From the human T2T-CHM13v2.0 reference genome, Homo sapiens: DNA of 64,000 nucleotides. Both the position numbers and the translations under genes were made by a program. The stretch's first letter is position 1. Each line of letters starts with the position of its first letter. Under the pieces are notes generated by a model that was not told the DNA's origin, made no database searches, and saw only the letters and a list, made by a program, of their open reading frames with translations. The stretch lies in assembly GCF_009914755.1 (NCBI RefSeq), contig NC_060931.1; one strand, 5' to 3'. Below, one piece after another: positions 49,380 to 61,948 of the stretch.

Positions 49380-51147
49380 GTGTTTGGGAGTCTTCAAAGT
49401 TGTGGATATAGAAACAGACATTTCTCACAAAGCATCTAGAGTGCCAACACCATAAACCCAGCCTCACCTACATTTTATCCCTTGGCAGCTTCATTTGTGT
49501 AAGTGGACGGTGGCTTCCAGCTGAATGAAACCATTACAGCTGAACTGGTGCCATGGTCAGGGTTCCACCTATGACCCTGTACCACTAGAATTATTAAACA
49601 GTAAAGACAAAGAATGCATATCTGCCAAATTTTTAGGTAATACAAAATAGAAGGATATCAAAGATATTGGTCCACTTTCTGAATTCAAAAATATCATAAT
49701 AGTTTATAATGTTGAGACAAATATAGCAAGATAATCATAACAGAGTTAATTAGAAGGCCCTGTGTGTACCAATAGAAAGACAAAATCAGCACAACTGATC
49801 ATCAAGGTATGAATTTGTAGTAGCACCTAAACAATACAAAGAAAATTTTAAATCAGCAATATGCCAACCCTAAGCAAACTCCAAAGTGGCACATTTCTCT
49901 TATTATAATTTATGAGAAGTACTTGGAAAAGAAATTACAACATAACCTATAACTTTCTTATCACACATTTATTTGTATTACTTGCTAATTTCTCTACAAT
50001 ATATTATGTTGAGGTGTTAGCAGTTGCCTTTGTACAGATATATTGACTATACTTGTATGAATTTAATCCCCACCTCTCTTATTTGCTTGAAGAGGAAGGA
50101 CAAATTTATTTTTGGCAAGAAATTTAAAGCAAGTGATTCCTTATTTATTGTCTTAGTTATTAGTCACAGTTAGAAAATCAGTGATCATACCAACTTATCA
50201 ATAAAATATTTTATTCATTGCTTGTATCAAATTGCTAGTGTATTTGTCTTCTGTATTTTTTAATATGACTTTTCTAAAATTGGTTCTCCTTTCTTAGATA
50301 CAATACTTGCTGGAAAATTCAGGAAGGAAAAGGGAAAATATTAATATTTAAGTCATGAGGAAAGAAGATTCTTTACTCAAATTATCACTTTCCCACTCAG
50401 CAGCAGCCCTGAGTAATATATTCATTATAAACCAGCAGCACTGGATCTCTTTTAGTCACTTTATAACACTGACAGAATCAATAGTTAAAATTAGACTTCT
50501 CATTTTCATATCAGAGGAGACATCAACATTAGTTTCTATATTAAACATTCTGGAACTGTAGAAAGCTTTTTAAATTAATTTAAATGATGGATGCAGAATT
50601 GTCTGACCACTTATTTAATAGAAATTATGATTATCAACCAAATTATACTTTGGAAAGGCAATCATCTCGTCCCTGCAAAGCAGTAATACAGTTTCAGCCC
50701 ACAAAAAGTACTATGTATGAAAAAGTATTTTACAGTACTTTTTATAGTTCTGAAGAGTATCACATTACCACTTGTCAACCAGCAATTGCATCATAATTCA
50801 ACCTGCTGCAACTATAAAACTGTGTCTTGACTTGATTAAACAAAAGACACAGTATAGTGTTGTACATATATGTGTGCATACAGCAATTCTAGGAATGAAA
50901 ATAATTTAATATGCTTAGCATCAAAACATACAATGAGACAAAAGCAGAGCATCTAATGAAAATAAAATAGATTCTACCTTTAATTTTCTATTCCACTTGG
51001 TGTCAGTTTTCTAAAGAGTATTTGTCTACAGACAAATCAGCTAAATTTTGACAGAGAGCTGATTTTATTTCCTTTATCTAATATAGCAAAGATCTGAAGA
51101 AGAGAGGAATACTATCCTAAAAGTGTTCCTCATGCTTCTTTCTATCA

Positions 51148-51664
51148 CAGCAGTCCCCAACCTTTTTGGCACCAGGGGCCAGTTTTGTGGAAGACAATTT
51201 TTCCACAGATGGGGGCAGGAAGGGGTTGGTTTTAGGATGATTCAAGCACACTAAATTTATTGTGCACTTTATTTGTTATTATTACCTTGTAATATATAAT
51301 GCAATAATTACACAACTCACCATAATGTAGAATCAGTGAGACTCCTGAGCTTGTCTTCCTGTAACTAGACTGTCTCATCCGGGAGTGATGGGAGACAGTG
51401 ACAGATCATCAGGCGTTAGATTCTCATAAGGAGCACACAACCTAGATCCCTCACATGCACAGTTCACGATAGGGTTTGCAATCCTATAAGAATCTAATAC
51501 CATTGCTGATCTGACAAGGGGCAGAGCTCAGACAGTAATGCGAGCAATGGGGAGCAGCTATAAATACAGATGAAGCTTCACTTACTCCCCCGCCACTCAC
51601 CTCCTGCTGTGCTGCCATGTTCCTACTAGGCCACAGACCCTTACTGTAGGGTTGAGGATCCCTG
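51148..51664. mobile_element. MER1A (hAT-Charlie MITE)
   Basis: cagcagtccccaacctttttggcaccagg...gttgaggatccctg, with degenerate 8-bp TSD ttctatca/ctccatca. Confidence 0.9.
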
Positions 51665-52059
51665 CTCCATCAGGTCATGGCATTCATAGAAAATAGTAAG
51701 ATATACCTGCCCTAATTCTCAGGGGCCATAGGAGTCTGGCCATGGAGCTATGGTTGTTCATCCTAAGTCTCACTGGTCACCCAACCAGTGCTGAGGGGTC
51801 ACTATCTCAATGTATGTGTTACTTATCAGTGGTGAAATGGGTTGGGAGCATCTGATTTAGGTAATTGTGGGATTCACAAATGGAAGAAAAACTATGATAA
51901 ATATTACAGAACAAGGAGAATTTCCCCAGATCCAAATTATAGAAAATGTTTTTGGAGGACTGATATGATTATTTGTAAAAATTTGAATTGCCAGGATGCT
52001 GGGAAGCATAGTAGTTATAAGGGAAGGTTTTGCCCTGTGAATGCCTTAGCTCAGAACAA

Positions 52060-52227
52060 TTCCATCCCTTCCTAGCCATACAAATATGAGGAAGTTACTG
52101 AACTCCTCCAAGCTTCAGTTTTCTATTCTGTGTAATGGGGATAGTAATAGCACCTACTTCACCAGGCTGCTGCAAGGATTGAATAGCTTAATATGTGGTA
52201 GCCCTTAGAGGAATATTCAATAAATAT
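52060..52227 (+). mobile_element. MIR
   Basis: agcttcagttttctattctgtgtaatggggatagtaatagcacctacttc. Confidence 0.75.
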
Positions 52228-52254
52228 ATCTTAATATAAATACATTGAAATTAA

Positions 52255-53860
52255 TTTTTTATTTTCTAACAATATCAAAATATGAAAAACTTGCAAGAAA
52301 ATAGAAAGAAATGTTATTTTTGAGACATTTGAGAATAATCTGCTATCATGAATATTAAGTATACTAAGTATATTATTTATTTTTAAATAAATTTTTAAAC
52401 AATTTTACTGTATTTTTTTAAATGACATTCTCCTACTTAACTATGAAACAACCATTAATATCAGACAATTAGCAAAGATATGCTTCCACCATCTAATCCT
52501 CAGACCTCATTCAAGGATCAGCACTTGTCCCAGTAAAGTCTTTTATAAAGAATCCAGTTCAGAATTATATGTGCATTTGTTTTCATTCTCTTTTAATTTG
52601 GAGGAGATCTCAGTCTTTTTCTGACTTTCATATCTTGACACTTTTGCACACTGCAGTCCAATTATTTTGTCAAATGTTCCTCAATTTGGCTTCGCCTGTC
52701 ATATTCTCACAATTAGATTCACGTTACCAATCTTTGGCAGGAATATCACAAAAGTGATGCTGTGTTCTCATTGCATCCTATAAGTTTGTACACACTTTGA
52801 TTTGTCTCGTTAGTGGTATTGGTAACTGATTATTTTATCAGGTGGTATCTTTCAGCCTTCTCTAATAAAAAGTTAATCTTTTTTACTTTGGAGTTAATAA
52901 ATATTTCAGGGGACATTATTATGAAACTATTCCATTTCTAATCAATCTTTCAATATAATCTTTTATTTATATCAGTATAGACTCATGGATTTATAGTCTA
53001 TTAATGGGCTATAGTCAACTGCAACTACTACTTATTTTGATGCTTGAGCTCAAAAGAGATCATTTGATATGACCCAATCATTTTCTGTGCACTTTCTTGC
53101 TTTCTGGCATAAGATGTTCCAGGCTTATTTTGAACATTTTCTCCAACAGTCCAGGAATCAACCATTTTTCCAAGAAACATTAGTTTCATTTTAGTGCAGA
53201 ATAATGTTTACAATCCAGTATCTCGCACTAGGGGTACTTGTTGGTAGAGGGTGTCACTTCTCCCAGGTCCTCTCAGTGGACAAAGTAAAGGAATACAATT
53301 TATACACACACACATACACATACACAGAGATATCTATATAGAATCCATAAGGTTACACAATACATTCAATTCCAATCCAACACCACACAGTTCATTCTAG
53401 TTTTTTATTTTTCCATATTTGAATATTCTTTGACGGTTAGAAACCTGGCTCCTCAATCATTACTAATATGGTCCAACCCCTGCACATAACCAATTTCCCA
53501 TCACCACAACTACAATCACTCCCTTCCCCGACACAGATATTCTCCTCACAATGCTTAGTCTCCATTGTAAGGTGCCCCTTCTAGCAGAAGTCCATGTCAC
53601 CCCTCTCATGTCTGACACTCCTCTTTTGGTTATCTTCCCATATAAATTCCCACCTTATCATCCCTGCTTGGGTTATAACACCCAACAATAGGCCATTCGC
53701 ATGTGTGGATGCATCTGCACCATACGTGGTCTTCTACATTTCACTCTGGGCCACCAAAATCACCTCCATACTCCAGAATCAATGTCTATCTTCCTCAGTC
53801 CTGCCAAGTGGCTTTTGGACTAAATTATTTCAAGAAAGGGAAGAAAAGAGGAAGAGCAAG
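52255..53860 (-). mobile_element. L1MC4-like 3' region
   Basis: gacattctcctac, atctaatcctcagacctcattcaa, gatgttccaggct and agaaacctggctc motifs. Confidence 0.7.
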
Positions 53861-54599
53861 AGCTTGTAATGCTTAAAATATCTTGTGAGGTGCAAATGCT
53901 CTAATGGAGCTTAAAGTGCTTTGGAAGCAGGGAAGCATTATACAAAAATTAAATGTATTTGATTCTAGATAGTGCCCCCAGCACACACAGCTGCCTTCTC
54001 CTACATCATAGATCCTTAGAAAAACTAGAAAATAACTAAGAAAAGAAAAAGCTAGTTAGAGTGGATGGGTGGATATTAGATACAAGATAGATAGTAGAAA
54101 AAAGAAGGGGAATTTCTAGAGGACGACTAGGGAAATTACTCTCAATAATTTCTAAAACATGCACAGGATTGTACTTGAATAAGGAAACCAAAGTGCCTTA
54201 GATATGAGAAATGGATTGGAGGATCTAAAACCAAGTGATAAGTGAATAATTGGGACAGTGCAGGAGGAACAGTCAGATAGAAAACATCCTGTGTTCTATC
54301 CCCCAGCTCCATCTCTCCCAATAGCGTTGTCCTCCTGCAGGTAGGAACATTGAGTGTGGACTTGGTTCAGAGTCAGGACCACACATTGGTGGCTGGTGAT
54401 GCCCAAGAAGAATGAGAACACCCTTCTTCTTATAAGGCCAGCCATACAATACCAGCTCTGGCTGGGCTTCCCTCTCCTCTGAATCCCATGAGGAGAGGTT
54501 GGAGCAAAACTGCCTCAACTCATCTCTCACCTTCCCCTCAGCATGAATCTCAAGTAAAAGATAAACATACATGCAGGTATCACCAACTTGTAATTTGCG

Positions 54600-54850
54600 A
54601 AAAAAAAAATCAACACCATGGATGTCATACACCAGAGAATAGAGGAAAATATATATATGAAAATGAAAGAGAAATGGGGAACAGATTCAGAAGTGCCTAC
54701 ACATTCTTTTGCTATTCCAACACTGAGGAATATGAAGAAAGAAAAGAAATAAGAGAACTTCCCAGAACTGAGGAAAGTCAGGGTACTCATGTTGTAAAGG
54801 CAACTAAGAGTAGAAGGGTACTTCCTAATTAATGTGATATAACAAGTAAG
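54600..54850 (-). mobile_element. Possible L2 fragment
   Basis: Purine-rich degenerate sequence resembling antisense L2. Confidence 0.35.
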
Positions 54851-57084
54851 AGATACTAGTGTTTAGCAAGGAAGACATGCAGAAGATGTGATTGATTATC
54901 TGAGTATTGGCAGAAAATATCAGGAAACCAGGACCTGTGTACCACTGGGCAGGGCAGGCAAGGGAGGGATGGACACCAAAATCAGGGCAGTTTAGTTATG
55001 TCTAAAAGATATATGTTATGACTCAGAAAAGGTTGTATAACAAGATTATAACATTAAAAAAATGTGTTCTCTTCTCCTATTTTGATAAGTATACCTTCAT
55101 TGTCATAAAATTGGAAACAGGCATAATGCTACATCTTTTGATTTACTGAAAGTTAGTCAAATACCAAGTGGCTAATTTAGTTATTATTGCCATGGTCTAA
55201 ATAGTCTCTTAATGGGTGAGCAACGTTTGAATCAATAGCATAAAGACATAATAATTTATAAATTATTATATGTACTTTTTTATTCCATAAAAGTAATCTT
55301 TCTCGCTTTTGCTTCAGTAAAATTATTAGACCATGCTATAATCTAGATTTTCACACAATTTTTGTTCTGTTGATATTAATGTCAAATTAGATATCCTTCT
55401 GACGCCACTGTAGTGTTTACTTAGTTTTTATTCATTGTAATTTGGAGTAATTGTTCACCGCTGAAAATATATAAGCTGCAATTATCATAGAATTGATAAA
55501 TGATAATATATAGGTTAAAAATGAATAATACATTTTACATCCAGTTTTACATATTCAAACACTGTAATAGACTACATACAATAAATTATAACTGTTGTGG
55601 AAAGTATTATAAAATATTTTCATTTGTTGTATAAATCACTACCCCATTTAAGTGTCATAATTTTCCACAACACTTAAATCAATATCTAGGTTCATAAAAA
55701 TGTTTTTAAGTTCTTTCTTCCAGTTTTTCAATGCTGAAGCATTATAAAGAAAAACAAATTAAAAATCAGTATGCTGTACAATTTGGTTAAATCTCCCTTT
55801 GAGATTATACCTTGATTTAGAACAACCAGAAATAATCTCAATAAAAATTAGTTTTTTGAGTCTATGTGTACTTTGAAGAAAAAAGTTAGTTTTAGGCTTA
55901 TTTGTTCATAAATCTTTTCCTTTATAGTCACATAATTTTCATTATATTTCATACAAATGTTAATTTTTGCATATGTCACATAAACTTTCTATTAAACCTT
56001 TCTGTAAATTAAAAAAATTCTAATTTTTGAAAGATGAAATATTGACACATATTTGGTACACTTTTGCTAACATTTTCAATAATGAGCAAGAGTTTATAAT
56101 CAAATGACTGTGAACAGTACATATTCAAAATTAGTTTTCACCCAAAACCATGGTTTGCATTTATTTGAAGATCTACTATTGTTTCAAATAACTATTCCAC
56201 TGCATTTTATTCACATCTCATCTAAATTAAACATAATTGCTTTAACAGTGTTCAGTTGACATTCTCATCATGCATCAACAGGCGATTTCATGTCAAATCT
56301 GATATGTGATTCATCAAAAGGTTCAATCTTTGGGCACACAGATCAGATGTGATCTTTGACTTGCTCCAAGGAAGAGCATCACTCCTGGCATAGGTGAGGC
56401 CATAACCCATGGGGATAAATTAATAATGCGCTTCCAAATAGGTCATGAAATGTTTGCAAGTATGTAATATATGTTCTGGCCTAAATACCAGTCATGTTAG
56501 CATCATTATTACAAGTTTACTTGTAATCATGTTTTAAGCTAATGCTCAATGTTCAAAATTGTTTTCTTGTTTTTCCTCAGGTTGAAATTTACACTTTCTA
56601 CAACAGATGTATAGTCAATGAAATAGTCATTAATTTTGGATTTCTTTATTTCTGGTCTTGGTGGTTAAATCATATGCATAATAAAAGTTTGCTGTTTAGA
56701 ATTCTTATTTTGTGCATTCTCATTTGCTGAATATGCACTTTATAAAATTATATTTTTAATTTCTTCTCTCACTTGATTTCTCCCAAAATTACCCATCTAT
56801 TTTTATTTCTCCATCTAGGCACCATTTGTTTTATTATGTTTGTATTTTTATCCGTCTTACATGATTAGCCATTCTAGCATCATATTTTGAAAACATTTCA
56901 GCTACATCCAGACATTTTCCACCTATGAATGCTACAAAAAGAATCCTTATTCTTAGCTAAATATTGGACACATATTAATCTTTTAAAAACTTCACACAAA
57001 TGTTATCAGTGTTCTTGGGTCTTTGTTGAATATAATCAATTATTTACTCTTTTTTTTCACTACATAGAAATAACTGTACTCCAG

Positions 57085-57255
57085 ATCTCTCTCTCTCTGT
57101 ATGTGTGTATATATATTATCTATAATATATAGTATATATATCTATATCTATAATTTAATTTATTTTATATAATATATACATTTTATATATAATATATAAA
57201 TTTTATATAATATATAATATATATTATAGATAATATATATATACACACATACACA
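57085..57255. repeat. (TC)n / (TA)n low-complexity tract
   Basis: Direct inspection. Confidence 0.85.
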
Positions 57256-58158
57256 GATGGAAGCATAAATATAAAAATTGGTGGAATTTTTAATGAGATC
57301 ATATTCTAAATAATGAATATTAAATTTAAATTCATTTGAGTTTAAGAGAAATAAAATTGGAGAGATATTATGTTCCCAAAGATTTCTGTAACCTTAAGAC
57401 AAAAAAAGCATTAAAAACTTTTTAAATTCTGTAAATACAGATGTGCCTTGCTGTGTGCAGGTGATACTTTATGTTTTTTAATAGAGAAAGTAATTGTTTC
57501 CAGTTACCTATACTTCAATGACCAAAGCTTATCTTGAAAATAAAGTATGAAACATATAACGCAAATTACAAAACACTTTGTCTTTTAGCTGACAACAAAA
57601 AGCCATCTTCTAGCTTACTTCGCCATTTGCAAATCATGTTATATAAAATAAAACATAAATTCCCTGTGATATTCACCTAATGGAAAGTTGTAAATATTAA
57701 TTTGTTCGAGACTTTTATTTTGCTATAAATATTCTTAGGCTGTATGAAAGATGTGACAGCCATTTTTTAGTATCATCTTCCAATAATCAGAGAAAATGGA
57801 CTCATTTTTCTTCTCCAACTAGCCAACTTCATGATGGTAATTCGCCTTCTCATGGTTGGGCAAAGTTGCATTTATTGATTCGGATTTGTGAATTCAACAT
57901 AAATAACTCTTTTTTCTCATGATTTTTATCAATAACTAAATTCTTCATTTAGTAAAATAGATATAAATCAAACAGTTCTTATCTAATATGCTTAAGTTAC
58001 AGGTTTGCATTTGGTAAGGTTAATTTTTGGTTCACTTTTATTGTTTGGATCAGTAACTGACTTTCAATGAATAACAAATCTGTACTGTCCTTTAGCAAAT
58101 TTTACATGGTTCAGGCTTTTACCAGCATAAAATTTTCACTTTATTTCTTTATTGTTCT

Positions 58159-58161
<3 letters not shown>

Positions 58162-58193
<32 letters not shown>

Positions 58194-58492
58194 AGACGGA
58201 GTCTCACTCTGTTGCCCAGGCTGGAGTGCAGTGGCACAATCTTAGCTCACTGCAACCTCTGCTGCTCGGGTTCAAGAGATTCTCCCTGCCTCAGCCTCCA
58301 GAGTAGCTGGGATTACAGGCGCCTGCCACCACACCTGGCTAATTCTTTTTTTTTTTTTTTTTTTTGGTAGTTTTAGTACAGATGAGGTTTCACCATCTTG
58401 GCCAGGCTGGTCTTGAACTCCTGACCTCGTGATCCACCTGCCTAAGCCTCCCAAAGTGCTAAGACTACAGGAATGAGCCACTGTGCCTGGCC
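58162..58492 (-). mobile_element. AluS (Sx3/Sg-like) with expanded middle A-tract
   Basis: accatcttggccaggctggtcttgaactcctgacctcgtgatcc, a T31 tail and a ~T21 linker. Confidence 0.92.
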
Positions 58493-59186
58493 CTATTGTT
58501 TCATCGTTTTAACATATTAATCACACTGCCTCTTTGAAAATTTTTCTCCTTTTTTCTTTTCAGTTGTGCTTTCTTTCTGCACTCTATTTTTTATTAGCTT
58601 GGCCCTACTTATTTTTAATGAAAAAATTAAAAATGAAATGAAATTATATTCCTAGGGTAGAAAAGTTTAATATATTTTCTTTCCAGATATTTATAGTCAA
58701 TATTTATAGACTCATCCAAAACTCACTAATTAAAATAAATGTAAAAAATAATTCCTATATGTGAAAAGCTACTTTTAAAGTATTTACAATTAAATGCTAA
58801 AATTAAGATAAAATGAGAACTTTAATTTTTAAATCAAAATTATTTAAATAAAACCAACATTTACATTTAGTTTCTGAATAATTAAATCCTATTAAATATT
58901 TTTTAAAAATAACATTTTTCTGAGTCTTACAGTTTAAGATCCAGCTAGTGACCAATGTAAATAATCAACATCCTACATCACCTGTGACACAGCTGGATTT
59001 TATAACAGCATTGTAGATTGTTTAATACTATAAAATGTTTCCCAGGCACCATCTAGCACTATTGTGATTACTATGCTAATTTATTGCACCTTGATTGGAA
59101 GAGGACGAACAGAAAAGAAAAAATATGCACTTAGGGCTATCGAAAGCAATATTTTATTTTGAAAAAAACTATTAAATATACTCTCT

Positions 59187-59509
<323 letters not shown>

Positions 59510-59884
59510 CTAAGAAGAAGAAATGGACATTCTCATTAATTTATCCTTCCTCTTATTTTAAGGATTCTATGGATAAAATCTTCCCCAAACTCAGAGGCAG
59601 TGTTCATGTCTGATATGGCAGCAGCAGCACCCACAGTGTCATTTCCTCAGGGACTACCTACCTTTTGTTTGTTGGCACAGGTCAAGAGCCGTGGAAAGAC
59701 ATTTCCCCGGGGCCCCAATTGGGTTAATCATAAAATGGATGCTTGAGATATAATTGCTCAATGCCATCCCTTAGTACCAGATCCAGAATGATAAGTGCCC
59801 TGAAATTCTTAATAAATTTATTAATTGGACTTCTGATATGTGAGGCCAAGGGCAGGGGCACTTATTTTCCCTAAGGTACCATAG

Positions 59885-60230
59885 AAAATATAATTCAGTA
59901 ATATATCCATTCTAAGCAACAGTTAAAAAGAGATATCTCTGTGTACTAACACAGAACATTCATCAAGATATTTTGTTAGGTGAAAAAAAATTGTTACAAA
60001 ATATATGTATAATACCATTTATACACATTTTAAATAAAAATGACATATTTCTATGTATTCTGCATATGTACATAAACAATAGAATTATAGATGCATATGA
60101 AGCAGATTATTATCCTAGAGAAGGTGAGGAAAACTGGCTAGGAATAAAACAGGAAACTTAACTTTATCTACAATATTTAAGTTTTCATAAGAAAAATGCA
60201 TTAATTATTCACTATATTATTAAAATTTGA
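59885..60230 (+). mobile_element. L1ME-type 3'UTR fragment
   Basis: ctctgtgtactaacacagaacattcatcaagatattttgttaggtgaaaaaa. Confidence 0.55.
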
Positions 60231-60519
60231 AAATTTCCCTTCAAAATGAAATGTGTTGGAAAACTTTTAATTCGTAAGTTTGACAATATGAATGTTACAT
60301 CATGCATATATGTGGTTCAAATCATTAATAGACTGCTCTTAGAGCTGTTATATTCTTTCTCATTCTACTTGATGTTATGTATTTCAGAGTTCCTTAAAAT
60401 TTGAATACATCTACTAATATGATTCTTCATTACTCCATCAGATGGAGACTTTAGTAGTTATCTGGATGTGCCCTTTTTGATATAAAATATATTTTTATTA
60501 TAGAAAAACAATCCACAAA

Positions 60520-60636
60520 TATTCATATTGTGTGCCAAAAGTTGTGCTGAATAATTTTTTATGTTAATTTCATTTAATTCTTATAACAACTCTGTAAGAA
60601 AATGTTATCATTTTTACAAATGAGGGAACTGAGGGC
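60520..60636 (-). mobile_element. MIR
   Basis: catttaattcttataacaactctgt...ttttacaaatgagggaactgagg. Confidence 0.75.
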
Positions 60637-61948
60637 TGTGGTAACAAATGTTGTCAACAAAGAATCCAGAGTGAGAAAATGTAAACGCCAGAGAGCTGGA
60701 AATATCAAGACCTAAATCTAATAGGTTCTAGGTAGGCAAAAGGATGAGGTAAATGCACAGCAAGCATGGAACAAACTCATTTTGGATTTCGATAGTATAA
60801 GGAGAGAGTTATCAAAAGAGAAAAATGTTTATCCACAATGTCTAAGTTTAGTTGAGCTGGATTCATCCTGGAGAAAAAGCTGAACAAATGTGTATTTTAG
60901 GCACGAACCTAAATAAAGTAGCTATAATGCTTCCCAAATTTAACAGAAAACAGTCCCAGAGAAGGGTGTACTAAGAAGTAGAATAAGTAAATAAGATTTA
61001 GTGCAGGAAGGAAAAAGAGGAACACTGAATGGATCAGCTTTCACACCTTCTGGATGGCCAGACAAGATAGGCTTTTTTTGTTGCAAAACAGCAGGCCTGG
61101 AATACAGACCCTTGTAAGGTTCCACAGGCTTAAGCAGCTTGATATCCCCTATGCAAAGCTGCTAGTGCTTAACAGATAGTTAATCTAATGCCAACACTCA
61201 ACATTGTTTCAGAAGTCCCAGAGAAATCTCATTGAAATTTTAAATATGTAACACAAAATACAATCTAAAACTAGTAGTTAAACAAGGTTAGAATTTATAG
61301 AATACCTCCAATGTTTTCAAAGTGTTTCCATCTATCTAATTCTTGCTTAAAGGTGTACTTTTACTTATTTTCCTAGAGAAAGGTGTGCCCTTTCATTATT
61401 ATTTTAGTGTGTGGATGTATACTGCATATTATATATCAGTATTTTTTTTCCTATGTAACATACATTATCTTTCTCTTCCACTTGGAAGGCTCTGATTTAC
61501 AACAAGACATTTTTACCATCTTGTGTCAGCAATATGAATTGCAGGCAGAATTTAAAAACCCAGTGAAAAAATAACAAGCCTCAGAAGGTTAGATGTGGAA
61601 GAAGACCTACATGCTTTCTAAAAAAATACTGCCACAGTCAGCACCACTATGCTACCAAATTTCACAGAAAGCTCAAGATATACAAATGAGTTTCTGATTC
61701 CCAAAGTGATTGTGAAAAGTGATCCCGTGACAAGCTGAACATTTTAGGTGATATTTTCTTTCCCACCTCTAGAGTCCATGCATGCTCTGAATGGATACCA
61801 ACCACAAAACTCAAGATTGTTAACTGGGGACTACCAATACTGCCACACAACTCAAGGAACAGAACACCATGAGGATGGCTGAGACTAGAAAGTGGGTGGT
61901 ATCTAGAAATAGGTTCATTCTTTGAAGATAAAATATGTCTTCAGGATA

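Noticed and set aside
57800-57925. Acceptor-like ttcttctccaactag followed by a short open frame
   Set aside because: No recognisable protein similarity, a weak donor, and a stop within ~32 codons.
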